Shown here: positions 1 to 9,901 of the stretch, piece by piece
Layout of the letters: each line of letters begins with the position of its first letter
How positions within the stretch are numbered: position 1 is the stretch's first letter
Source: an uncultured Rickettsiaceae bacterium
GTDB lineage: Bacteria > Pseudomonadota > Alphaproteobacteria > Rickettsiales > Rickettsiaceae
DNA: 64,000 nt
Direction of reading: 5' to 3'
NCBI GenBank assembly: GCA_963934885.1
Contig: CAWWAI010000001.1
Span: 13,269 to 77,268 of the forward strand
Notes under the pieces: model-generated
Database searches by the model: none
Told to the model about the DNA's origin: nothing
What the model saw: the letters and a program-made list of their open reading frames with translations, nothing else
Position numbers and translations under genes: made by a program

Positions 1-522
1 CGTTTAAGCTCTACTTCATATCAGCATGTAAAACAAAATTTTGCAGATGCAATATTTATTTTAGAGTCTAATAGTAAATCTAATTATGGTTTAGAATCAA
101 CTATAGTAGATTTAACAACATCCGTTCCTACTATTTTGCGATATGGTTTTATTACTCCAGATGTTATTGAATCTGCACTTGGTAAGAAAATTACCATTGC
201 CTCTAAGTTATCTTTGGTAAAAGCGCCAGGTATGTTACATGGTCATTATTCTCCTCGCACCAAATTAAGGATAAATGCAACGGAGCTATATAATAATGAG
301 GTGGGTTTAAATTTTGCAAATAGCCAGCTCAAGGGGAATGGATCTCTGAACTTAAGTGTTAGGGGTGATTTAACCGAGGCTGCAGCAAATTTATTTGCAT
401 ATCTTCATGAATTAGATGAGTTTGCGCTATCTCGTGATATAAAAACTATTGCAGTATCTTCTATACCTAATAAATCAATAGGTTTAGCAATTAATGATCG
501 TTTAAATAGAGCAGCAGAATAA
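1..522 (+). CDS. tsaC: Threonylcarbamoyl-AMP synthase, Sua5-type (5' partial)
   Basis: Frame 1 is open from base 1 and contains the GLESTIVD motif. The C-terminal Sua5 domain has PGML..HYSP and GLAINDRLNRAA. Confidence 0.9.
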   Translation, partial: RLSSTSYQHVKQNFADAIFILESNSKSNYGLESTIVDLTTSVPTILRYGFITPDVIESALGKKITIASKLSLVKAPGMLHGHYSPRTKLRINATELYNNEVGLNFANSQLKGNGSLNLSVRGDLTEAAANLFAYLHELDEFALSRDIKTIAVSSIPNKSIGLAINDRLNRAAE

Positions 523-589
523 AGCGATGCATATCTATGCATCGCTAAAAATATGGGCGTTTGGTTTGAAATTATCAAATTCTAAAAAT

Positions 590-1036
590 TTATTTTTTCC
601 AAGTTTGCTTAAAGGTACGTTGTCCATAATAGAAGCTGATAATACCTGCAAAGATTGCTTGGTCATCAATATTCCAGATTATTTCCAAATGTTCAATAAT
701 ATGAGCACTGGCTGATATTGCCTGATATTGTAAATATTTTATGCTCATATACATAATAAAAAAACTATAGGCTAAGATAGGTCGTACAGTGCCGTTCAGA
801 GAATCAACCCATTTAACATTGGTTTGGTAGGTTGAATATAGCGATGCATTTTCAAGTATATCTCGAGATATATGAATCTCTTCTAAGCTTTTGGCTGCAT
901 TTGTAGCGTTATATTCTATTTGTTTATTTAGTATGTTTAGCTCATGTTTTTTATCGTTTACATCTTTAAAATATTTTATAATTTCTGGTATAATAGAACT
1001 TATAAATCCTGCAATAGAGGCTAATAGTGTAATCAT
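590..1036 (-). CDS. Holin-like membrane protein (GTA 3TM holin family-like)
   Basis: N-terminal hydrophobic helix, coiled linker, VRP.LAY motif, C-terminal helix ending SFYYGQRTFK plus a basic tail; lies downstream of phage tail genes. Confidence 0.65.
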   Translation of the reverse strand: MITLLASIAGFISSIIPEIIKYFKDVNDKKHELNILNKQIEYNATNAAKSLEEIHISRDILENASLYSTYQTNVKWVDSLNGTVRPILAYSFFIMYMSIKYLQYQAISASAHIIEHLEIIWNIDDQAIFAGIISFYYGQRTFKQTWKK

Positions 1037-1050
1037 AATTTTTCTTATAT

Positions 1051-1692
1051 TTAGAATTGAAAATTTTGTGCAGTTATTGTACCTAAGAAATGTGTTGTTT
1101 TAGGCAAGCGATATAATTTAATGATATCAGTAGCATTTGGAGTTTGCGTTATTTTATGCGATATCTTATTCTGCCATAGAATATTGTCTGTCCAGATAAG
1201 GTTTTTCGATGCGTTGTAACATTGTTTAATTATAATAGTGATTTCGGGTATTGTCACTTGCTCAAAGTTTAGGGTTGTGTCATTGTTTAAATATAAATAG
1301 AGGTGTTGTATATGATTTGGGACATTAAATATATCATCTATTGTAGTAAAATCATTATTTCCAGAGGAATTTAATTGAATATCTTCCCACGTATCACCGT
1401 TATACAATACAAAATTACGATTCTCTAGTAAGAAAAACAAAGCTCCTTTTTGTGGTATAAAATAAGTTATTCCTTTTGATTCGTGGGCTTTATAACATAT
1501 ATGATTTTTATAACCACCAATGGTAATAATATATTTTTCACCAGCAGCTAAATTCTCTGGTACATTATCTATGAATCCATTCAGCGCAATACCAAGAAAA
1601 TTATCTATAGTTAGTAGTGATTCATTAAACACTACATCTTTATTGACTTGATTTGGCACCATTAGGTTCATATTAAAATTAGTTGTGTTCAT
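1051..1692 (-). CDS. DUF2793 domain protein, GTA/phage tail fibre-like
   Basis: N-terminal NQVNKDVVFNESLLTID resembles the DUF2793 signature (Q..K.VT.NEAL..LD). The C-terminus resembles a tail-fibre domain. Directly follows the megatron gene. Confidence 0.75.
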   Translation of the reverse strand: MNTTNFNMNLMVPNQVNKDVVFNESLLTIDNFLGIALNGFIDNVPENLAAGEKYIITIGGYKNHICYKAHESKGITYFIPQKGALFFLLENRNFVLYNGDTWEDIQLNSSGNNDFTTIDDIFNVPNHIQHLYLYLNNDTTLNFEQVTIPEITIIIKQCYNASKNLIWTDNILWQNKISHKITQTPNATDIIKLYRLPKTTHFLGTITAQNFQF

Positions 1693-1714
1693 TTTTTGCT
1701 CTTCTTTAAATTAG

Positions 1715-4700
1715 TTAGGCATAAGTCAATATACTAATTTGATAATCATCACTAAGTGCAAATTCACTAATATCTATTATCATTTCATTCTTACTTGTGA
1801 TGAGCTCGTGAATTTGTCCTTTATCATTTATTAAGATAGTAAATTTAATATTTGTTTGATTTTCATTTATAGACCAGTCACTACTTGTTTTTAAACGCGT
1901 AACCCATCTAAGCTCTAGTTGATTATTATTAATAGAATGCCAAGTTATATAGGGCTCTATTGATAAATTGGCTTTATTTGTATAAGTTATTGACTTTTCA
2001 ATCATTGCTGCTTTAAGCAATAATTGTTGACCCATTAATTTTTCGGATACTGGAATAATATTTGCACCTGAGTTTATAATTACAAAATCTTCGTTAAGGC
2101 TATGTTGGTTTATGAAGCGTTCTGTTCCCATCTCACCACGTGTAATAAGTGAAATTTGATATAACTCGTCTTGTAATTTTTCTAATTTCTGGAATTGTAT
2201 TAGCTCTTCTCCGACCATGGCTAATTGCCAATCATTAGATATATATTGCTCTAATTTCTGACCTTTAATAAGTAAGGTGCTTATATTATCGACCATGAAT
2301 ATATTTGCCATAGGTGATTCTTCAAAAGCAATAACGCTAGCAACCGAATATGAAGGACTAAGAGTTGATATACGATTCCATTTATTACTAGAGTCACTCA
2401 CTAGATGAGCAAATAGAGTAGCAGATGCATTATGGCGTAAATATACAGCCAAGAAGGGTGTCTGTGTGTCCAAAAGTGCAAATGGCATATCTAATATTAC
2501 TAGCGAACTATCAACATTATCATGTTTTATTTTTAATTGATTTTTGGCTGTAGGTATACTGAAATAGCTTCGCCTATCGTCAATTATTCCTACTATTATA
2601 AGTTTATTTTGATCTATTTGAGTACTTATTATTCGAATTGAATATTGTTTATGTGTATGTTGTACTATTAAAAAGTCAGCAGGTTTTAGCTGAACGATAT
2701 TAGCATTAATAATGAATTTGATGATTCTGTCTTCAATTGCAGCGTTCTTGAGTATTAATTTACCAATATTCTTGGCTTCATCTTCAGTTAGTACAATAGG
2801 CAGACGGATTAGGGCTTTATTGATATAGGAATTTGTTTCATTATTAATATATGTATAAGCAGAGTTAAATTCATTATGATTATTTATAAAGTGTAAATTA
2901 ATGGCGCTTAAGGTGCATTCTTGAGGAATTTCTACTTCTTCTATAAAATTATTGTCTGAAATTTTTATACAAGATGTAGAATTTATGCTAATACACGGTT
3001 TATATCCTCTTTTTTCAAAAGAAATTATTTCACCATTATTGGCACAAATATCAAAGAAATATGCAGACCTTAAGGTATTAATAGCATTCATAGCAGTAAT
3101 TTGGTTGCTAAGTACAAATCCTTCAACGGCCTCATCAACACTACTAACATCAACATTAATAGTGTTGATTCCACATCGATATGATATTTCTAGAAGTATA
3201 GAAGAAAGGCTACTTGCACCGAATTTATTATTTACCCAATGACCTTTTTCCCATAAATTTCCATCTTTCCAGAAATTCATGTGTGGCCAAGCGGGGTAGG
3301 GGCGTGCATCCCATGTCCATAGAAACATTTCGCCTATATATTCTTGAGTTTTCCAATATTCAATGAAGGCTCGAATAGCTTTTCTTTGAATAGCAAAATC
3401 AATGGCGCCATTAGAGTATCTTGGAACACCACCATCTATACATTTTGGATCAAAGAAAATGTTAGGCTGATTTGAGGCTTTGTTAATTGAGGGAAAGCCA
3501 AATTCAGTAAACCAAATAGGCTTAGAGCGTGGTTGCCACTCGGTAGTTTTTCCGTTGGGATTTTTATGTTTATTTTCCCACCAATAACGTAGATTTTTCC
3601 ATGCATATTCTGGCTTTAGAGGATGTTGAGAATTATCTTTATAGTCAACATAATAATCGTAACCTTCACCACTAGCCCAACCATTATACATTTCTTCTGG
3701 AGTGATTACAGAAGAAATAGTTTTAGTAACTGGGAAATATGCATCAATTCCAATAAAATCTATATCAGACGATGCCCATAATGGATCTAGATTATACCAC
3801 CCTCCTTCAGTGTGATGATATTCTGACCAATCAGCGGCATAAGTAACTAGTATATTTGGCCCAACTATTTGTTTTACTAAATGCGCTAGTTTAATGAGTT
3901 CATCGATTGCTGGAAAATTATCACCATTACGGATTTTGGTAAGACCAATTAATTCTGAGCCGATTACAAAAGCATTCACATGATCTTTGACAAGGTTAGC
4001 ATAATGTAGAATAAAATCATTATATCCATGCTTTTTCTGGAAAAAGTTAGTAATATATTGTGGATCAGTAGTAAGGCGTCCACGCCAGGGTTTTTTTTGT
4101 ACGTCGAGAAAAAACATAGGATAAAACATAATATTTAATTTTCGTTTTTTGATCTCTGTTAGGTAACGAACCACGCTTGCATCATTCACACTACCGCCAT
4201 ATAGGGGGTTATTAAAATTATCCTTAGTGATTTCATAAGCAGTATTACGGTTATATCCGCCGACCAGCCATTCTTCGCTATATGATAAATTAACATCCTT
4301 AAATTCCACGGCTGGTTTTATGGTGCAATCTCTTGCATTTATGTTATTACCAAACCAACAAACTACAGGTGATATCCATTCAATATTTTGACAAGTTATT
4401 TGTAGTTGATTTAGGCTATGTATGCTATTAGCTATATTATAGTGATTATGCGAATTTAGAATTGTTGTTGACATCACGGCGCTAGATGGTAGTAAAACAG
4501 ATTTTTTTTGAATTATTGTATCATAAACATATTCTCCAGATCCAGGGATCATGACCATTGCCTTTACTAAATCTTCAACAGAATTTTCTTGGTTTATATT
4601 TGCTTTCCTAGTTATTTCAAATGATAAATTTGGAATCATATCATTAAAATCGGCCAGTGGTAATCTTTCAAAAACAATATATGCAAGCCCACGATAGGCG

Positions 4701-5260
4701 GGTGCAGAATCTTCAGATAAGCTAGCAATTAGTGGGTCTGCTATTTGTTCTTCATCACCTTTATATAATCTAAAATTATATTCCCCAAGATTGATTACTT
4801 GATCATTAAACCATACACGTCCAATTTCAGTTATTTCTCCTTCGCATAGTGCCATAGCAAAATTAGCATAATATTCTAATGCTATAGAGTTTTTGTTTAC
4901 AGTTAAATTTTGATTTTTAAAATGTTGTTTAGTAATGCTTGTGTTACATTCAGAACGTACATTACCTGCCCAAATAATTTGACCAGGTACACGCATCCTA
5001 CCAAATATCAATGGAATGGGTGTACCATATTCCGCTTTTGATATATGGAAACCATCTTTTATATTGGTGAATCTATAAGTGTTGTTAGTGCGATGAAACA
5101 TTTTATGTTCTAGATAGTTACCAATCATACGCCCACCATAGCGTCCAATAGTAGATAATATCCCGCCACCAAAACATTTGCCGAGACTGCCGCCAATACT
5201 GGATAAAAAGCTTCCTATCATAAATTCTCGCTGATAATTATTAATCGTATACGGTAGCAT
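1715..5260 (-). CDS. GTA-like megatron / host-specificity tail protein with glycoside-hydrolase TIM barrel (RcGTA g15 homologue); probable start ATG at 5221
   Basis: GTPIPLIFGRMRVPGQIIWA, PAYRGLAYIVFERLPLADF, GSEL, YAADWSEY, GIDAYFP, WFTEFGFP and WTWDARPYPAWP motifs, followed by a phage-tail region. Confidence 0.88.
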   Translation of the reverse strand: MLPYTINNYQREFMIGSFLSSIGGSLGKCFGGGILSTIGRYGGRMIGNYLEHKMFHRTNNTYRFTNIKDGFHISKAEYGTPIPLIFGRMRVPGQIIWAGNVRSECNTSITKQHFKNQNLTVNKNSIALEYYANFAMALCEGEITEIGRVWFNDQVINLGEYNFRLYKGDEEQIADPLIASLSEDSAPAYRGLAYIVFERLPLADFNDMIPNLSFEITRKANINQENSVEDLVKAMVMIPGSGEYVYDTIIQKKSVLLPSSAVMSTTILNSHNHYNIANSIHSLNQLQITCQNIEWISPVVCWFGNNINARDCTIKPAVEFKDVNLSYSEEWLVGGYNRNTAYEITKDNFNNPLYGGSVNDASVVRYLTEIKKRKLNIMFYPMFFLDVQKKPWRGRLTTDPQYITNFFQKKHGYNDFILHYANLVKDHVNAFVIGSELIGLTKIRNGDNFPAIDELIKLAHLVKQIVGPNILVTYAADWSEYHHTEGGWYNLDPLWASSDIDFIGIDAYFPVTKTISSVITPEEMYNGWASGEGYDYYVDYKDNSQHPLKPEYAWKNLRYWWENKHKNPNGKTTEWQPRSKPIWFTEFGFPSINKASNQPNIFFDPKCIDGGVPRYSNGAIDFAIQRKAIRAFIEYWKTQEYIGEMFLWTWDARPYPAWPHMNFWKDGNLWEKGHWVNNKFGASSLSSILLEISYRCGINTINVDVSSVDEAVEGFVLSNQITAMNAINTLRSAYFFDICANNGEIISFEKRGYKPCISINSTSCIKISDNNFIEEVEIPQECTLSAINLHFINNHNEFNSAYTYINNETNSYINKALIRLPIVLTEDEAKNIGKLILKNAAIEDRIIKFIINANIVQLKPADFLIVQHTHKQYSIRIISTQIDQNKLIIVGIIDDRRSYFSIPTAKNQLKIKHDNVDSSLVILDMPFALLDTQTPFLAVYLRHNASATLFAHLVSDSSNKWNRISTLSPSYSVASVIAFEESPMANIFMVDNISTLLIKGQKLEQYISNDWQLAMVGEELIQFQKLEKLQDELYQISLITRGEMGTERFINQHSLNEDFVIINSGANIIPVSEKLMGQQLLLKAAMIEKSITYTNKANLSIEPYITWHSINNNQLELRWVTRLKTSSDWSINENQTNIKFTILINDKGQIHELITSKNEMIIDISEFALSDDYQISILTYA

Positions 5261-5329
5261 TGAATAAGAGCTGGACTAAGCGGCAAGCTGGTAATATGAT
5301 TATGTTATAAATTCATAAAAATTATATAC

Positions 5330-6709
5330 ATGATAGTTAAAACTAGATTTGCTCCATCACCAACCGGATATTTGCATATAGGCGGAGCGCGCACCGCTTT
5401 GTTTAATTATTTATTTGCTAAACATCATGGTGGAAAATTCTTATTGCGTATTGAAGATACTGATATAGCAAGATCAACCCAAAGTGCTAAGCAAGCAATC
5501 CTTACTTCCCTTGAGTGGCTATCAATTATGCATGATGAAGAGATTATTTATCAATCACAAAGATCAGATAGGCACGCCCAACTAGCTGAGGACTTAGTTA
5601 AAGCTGGCAAAGCCTATTATTGTTTTACTCCGCAAGAAGAGATTATTACTATGCGCGAGAAAACAAAATCTGATGGCAAACATTTTATTTTTCATTCAGA
5701 ATGGCGAGATATTCCGGTTGCTGGACATCCAAAAGGGAAAAAATATGTTATTCGTTTGAAATCTCCAAGAACAGGTGAAACAACGGTAGATGATTTATTA
5801 CAAGGCAAAGTGATTGTTCAAAATACACATCTAGATGATATGATTTTACTACGAAGTGATGGTAGCCCAACTTATATGCTAGCCGTAGTTGTAGATGATC
5901 ATGATATGGGAATTACACATATTATCAGAGGCGATGATCATTTGAGTAATGCACCACGTCAGCAATTAATATATGAAGCGCTTGGGTTTGATATACCAAA
6001 GATGGTACACATACCTCTTATTCATGGACCAGATGGAGCTAAACTTTCAAAACGTCACGGAGCATTAGCTGTAGAAGCCTATAGAGAAATGGGATATTTG
6101 CCATGCTCGTTAAATAATTATTTATTAAGGCTAGGCTGGTCGCATGGTGATGATGAAATTATCTCAAATCAACAGGCTATAGAATGGTTTGGTGTAGAAG
6201 GTATGGGCAAATCTCCGTCGCGACTTGATTTTAATAAAATGAAGAATATGAATGCTAATTATTTACGTCAGATGGATAATAACATTTTATCTGAGATGGT
6301 ATTTAAAAATATTGGCTATGAAATTAGTGATGAGTCAAAAAAATACATAAAACTAGCTATGGATTCGCTCAAGCCAAGAGCCGAATTAATGTTAGATTTA
6401 TATGATATGGCTTCTATGTTCATTATAGATAAACCACTCATCATTACTGATGAGGCAAAAAGCATAATACAAGAAGTTGATCGTGATGTTATGACAAAAA
6501 CACTAGATGCACTACAAAATTTAGTAGAATTTAATAAAGAAAATATTCAAGCTACTCTAAAAGAAGTAGCTATCGAGAATAATTTAAAACTAGGTGAGTT
6601 GATGAAATATATTAGAGCTTTTATGGCTGGCAGAAATGCATCTCCTAGCATATTTGAAATGATGGAAATATTAGGAAAGACAAATAGCTTAGCTAGGTTT
6701 ACTCTGTGA
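5330..6709 (+). CDS. gltX: Glutamate--tRNA ligase
   Basis: RFAPSPTGYLHIGG (HIGH-like) and KLSKR (KMSKS-like) motifs. Confidence 0.97.
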   Translation: MIVKTRFAPSPTGYLHIGGARTALFNYLFAKHHGGKFLLRIEDTDIARSTQSAKQAILTSLEWLSIMHDEEIIYQSQRSDRHAQLAEDLVKAGKAYYCFTPQEEIITMREKTKSDGKHFIFHSEWRDIPVAGHPKGKKYVIRLKSPRTGETTVDDLLQGKVIVQNTHLDDMILLRSDGSPTYMLAVVVDDHDMGITHIIRGDDHLSNAPRQQLIYEALGFDIPKMVHIPLIHGPDGAKLSKRHGALAVEAYREMGYLPCSLNNYLLRLGWSHGDDEIISNQQAIEWFGVEGMGKSPSRLDFNKMKNMNANYLRQMDNNILSEMVFKNIGYEISDESKKYIKLAMDSLKPRAELMLDLYDMASMFIIDKPLIITDEAKSIIQEVDRDVMTKTLDALQNLVEFNKENIQATLKEVAIENNLKLGELMKYIRAFMAGRNASPSIFEMMEILGKTNSLARFTL

Positions 6710-7494
6710 TCAAACAATATCTGGAAGAGCATTATAATATCAATAAACTACATAATAGTTATTTGGTAAATATTGATGCAATTGATCTTGCTCTAGAAGA
6801 AGTTCAGAGTTTTATTAAAGATAAAATACTAACTAAAGGCGAGTTAGAAAGCAATCCGGACTATATGTATGTACAAAAAATAGATAGTACAAGTAAGAAT
6901 ATTTCGGTTGAGCAGATTCGTCAATTACAGAAATTTTTGTATAAAACTTCAGTTATATCTGGGCAAAAAGTGGCGTTGATTTATGCGGCTGATAAGATGA
7001 ATATAAATGCAGCTAATTGTTGCTTAAAAATCTTAGAAGAACCACCAGCTAATACATATTTATTTTTGATAACAGGAAATGCCACAAATATCTTACCAAC
7101 TATACGCTCACGTTGCATTAAGCTTAATCACCATTATGACGTATCTCAAAAATTTGATATTCAAGAATATTTTATTAAACCATTGCTAAAATCAACTTCT
7201 TTGGTTAATAAACTAGCATTTATTAAAGAATTTGCATCTAAGGATCGTGATTTATGGATTAATTTTTCTTCTTCAGTAGAGGCATTATTGGCAAAATTTT
7301 GTCATAAAATGATAAGCCTTGAGGTCAATTTATCTATTATGGAGCAGGAATTATTAGCTCAATTTAAGTCTGATTCACCGCAATATTTGCAAATGAAATA
7401 TGAAGAGATAAAAATTATGATAGATAAAACTAATGAGTTTGACCTTGATTTAAGAGCTAGTTGTTTGTTGATTCTTGATAAATTTCGTAGGTAG
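6706..7494 (+). CDS. holB: DNA polymerase III delta' subunit
   Basis: ISVEQIRQL, ADKMNINAANCCLKILEEPP and LPTIRSRC motifs. Confidence 0.88.
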   Translation: MIKQYLEEHYNINKLHNSYLVNIDAIDLALEEVQSFIKDKILTKGELESNPDYMYVQKIDSTSKNISVEQIRQLQKFLYKTSVISGQKVALIYAADKMNINAANCCLKILEEPPANTYLFLITGNATNILPTIRSRCIKLNHHYDVSQKFDIQEYFIKPLLKSTSLVNKLAFIKEFASKDRDLWINFSSSVEALLAKFCHKMISLEVNLSIMEQELLAQFKSDSPQYLQMKYEEIKIMIDKTNEFDLDLRASCLLILDKFRR

Positions 7495-7503
7495 AATTTT
7501 TTT

Positions 7504-9582
7504 ATGTATAGTATATTTTTTCAGCCAGTAAATACTATTATTCCCATGAAGGAAACGGCAGAAAAAGCATTGAAGAGACTTGGTATTTATTTGCTTCGGG
7601 ATTTAATTTTTTATAAACCTATCTCTTATAATATTATTAATGTTACTTCTGACTTTAAAAAATTCCAAAATGGTATATTAGTGCAAGTCGATATTAATAT
7701 TGACGAAATAGTAAAATCAACATCAAGGCGTTCACCGACCAAGATTTATACTTCTAATGATACTGGCACTTTAACATTAGTGTTTTTCAATAAAATTCCA
7801 CCTTTTATATATACTCGTTTAAAGGAAGGAGCTAAATATACTGTATCTGGCAAGGTACAATTTTTTGATGGTACTTGGCAAATTACGCATCCAGAATTTT
7901 TGTTTAAAAAAGAGTTGTCTGCCCCAGTAGAGCCAGTCTATCCATTAAGTTATGGTTTAATTAATAAGCAATTATACGGATATATTTTAAGTGGGATTGA
8001 TGCTGTAAAAACTGCAATTAAAGCTCGTATATCATTTGGCAAAATCAGTGATAATGAAAAACTATATATAGAAAGTTTATTAGCTGAAGTTAAACTTTTA
8101 CATTTAATTGGTTTAAACACTAATACAACATTAATTGAAAAATCTATTGAAGAGGTGATAGGGCTTTTATCGGCAAGAGAATTATTCGCAAATCAAGTTA
8201 GTTTAGCAAAATTAAAGAGCCAAGAGCAAGCAATCTTGGGACGAAGATTTTCAATTTCTCAATCTTTAAAGCAACAAACTCTTGATAGATTAGGTTTTGA
8301 ATTAACGAATGCGCAAAAACAATCTATTAGTGAAATAGAGGATGATCAAGTCTCAGATATTCAGATGATTAAACTTTTGCAAGGTGATGTTGGTTCTGGT
8401 AAAACGTTAGTAGCATTACTGACTATAATTAACGTAGCTAGCAGTGGCGCTCAGTCAGCTCTTATGGTGCCAACAGATTTGCTCAGTATGCAACATTTTC
8501 AGTTTTTTAAGCATGCGCTTGAAGGTACAAATATTACACCTGCATTATTGACAGGAAAAATTAGTGCTGCAGATAGAAAAAAAATAAAAGCAGGTCTAGA
8601 GACTGGTGAAATTGATATTTTAATCGGTACGCACGCATTGTTTCAAAGCACAGTAGAATTCAAAGATCTTGGTTTTGTAGTAATTGATGAGCAACATAGA
8701 TTTGGGGTTGAGCAACGTCTTGAATTGATAGCAAAGGCTTCACATCCTGATGTGCTGGTAATGACCGCAACACCAATTCCACGTAGTTTAACATTAACCA
8801 TGTTTGGTGATATGAGTATAGCACGTATTGAAACTAAACCTAAAAACCGTTTACCTATTATCACAACTATTACTTCCAACACAAAGAAGGATGAAGTGAT
8901 ACATTCTTTACATAAGAAATTAGAATTAGATGAAAAAATCTATTGGGTATGCCCATTGATTGATCAAAATGACAAAATATTAGCACAAGAAGAAGATGCA
9001 ATATATGCCGATTTAACAGCACGTTATGCAGAATTAGAATCAGTATACCCAGGTATGGTTGCTATATTGCACGGCAAAATGAAGTCGGCAGACAAAGATC
9101 ATGTAATGCAACAATTTAAAGCCGGAGTAATACGCATATTAATTGCAACTACTGTTATTGAAGTTGGTATTGATGTATCTGATGCGACGCTGATTATTAT
9201 TGAAAATGCAGAAAAATTTGGTCTAGCTCAGTTACATCAGCTACGTGGACGGGTAGGGAGAGGCGAGCTACAATCTTATTGTATGCTAATGTATAATCCA
9301 AAAAGGCTCTCGAGTATGGCTCGGCAGAGATTAGAAATCATGCGAAAAAGCAGTGATGGTTTTTATATTGCGGAGCAAGATTTAATACTTAGAGGCGGTG
9401 GAGAAATTTTAGGGACAAAACAAAGCGGTGAACCAGATTTTTTCTTTGCAAATTTAGGTAGAGATCTAGAAATATTACTGCAAGCAAATAAAAATGCGTT
9501 AGAAATAGAATTTTCAGAATTTATCGAATTTCAAACTAAGCTCTTTGCTAGAGATAGAGAAAATCTAGCAAAGAGTGGATAA
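7504..9582 (+). CDS. recG: ATP-dependent DNA helicase RecG
   Basis: QGDVGSGKT, DEQHRFGV, MTATPIPR, QLHQLRGRVGRG and DLILRGGGE motifs. Confidence 0.95.
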   Translation: MYSIFFQPVNTIIPMKETAEKALKRLGIYLLRDLIFYKPISYNIINVTSDFKKFQNGILVQVDINIDEIVKSTSRRSPTKIYTSNDTGTLTLVFFNKIPPFIYTRLKEGAKYTVSGKVQFFDGTWQITHPEFLFKKELSAPVEPVYPLSYGLINKQLYGYILSGIDAVKTAIKARISFGKISDNEKLYIESLLAEVKLLHLIGLNTNTTLIEKSIEEVIGLLSARELFANQVSLAKLKSQEQAILGRRFSISQSLKQQTLDRLGFELTNAQKQSISEIEDDQVSDIQMIKLLQGDVGSGKTLVALLTIINVASSGAQSALMVPTDLLSMQHFQFFKHALEGTNITPALLTGKISAADRKKIKAGLETGEIDILIGTHALFQSTVEFKDLGFVVIDEQHRFGVEQRLELIAKASHPDVLVMTATPIPRSLTLTMFGDMSIARIETKPKNRLPIITTITSNTKKDEVIHSLHKKLELDEKIYWVCPLIDQNDKILAQEEDAIYADLTARYAELESVYPGMVAILHGKMKSADKDHVMQQFKAGVIRILIATTVIEVGIDVSDATLIIIENAEKFGLAQLHQLRGRVGRGELQSYCMLMYNPKRLSSMARQRLEIMRKSSDGFYIAEQDLILRGGGEILGTKQSGEPDFFFANLGRDLEILLQANKNALEIEFSEFIEFQTKLFARDRENLAKSG

Positions 9583-9595
9583 ATTAAAGTAATAA

Positions 9596-9847
9596 TTATG
9601 TGACAAGTTGGTCTAGTTTTCCATCTTTTTCAAGAGCGTATAAATCATCGCAGCCACCAATATGTTGATCACCTATAAAAATTTGCGGGACGGTACGCAT
9701 TCCACCAGATTTTTTAATCATTTCATCACGTATATTATCATCATTTGCATTTATTTCTTCATAGGTAAAATTTTTGCGTGTTAATAATGCTTTTGCACGT
9801 ACGCAATACGGACACACAAGAGTTGTATATATTATAATTTTTTTCAT
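9596..9847 (-). CDS. grxC: Glutaredoxin 3
   Basis: CPYC active site; TVPQIFIG and GGCDDL motifs. Confidence 0.93.
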   Translation of the reverse strand: MKKIIIYTTLVCPYCVRAKALLTRKNFTYEEINANDDNIRDEMIKKSGGMRTVPQIFIGDQHIGGCDDLYALEKDGKLDQLVT

Positions 9848-9901
9848 TTGTTATCTCATATTTAAAAACTATAATATTATTTTTAATCCAGTATCAAATT
9901 A

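Noticed and set aside
527-1103. Plus-strand ORFs 527-715 and 891-1103
   Set aside because: Antisense shadows of the holin and DUF2793 genes with no recognisable motifs.
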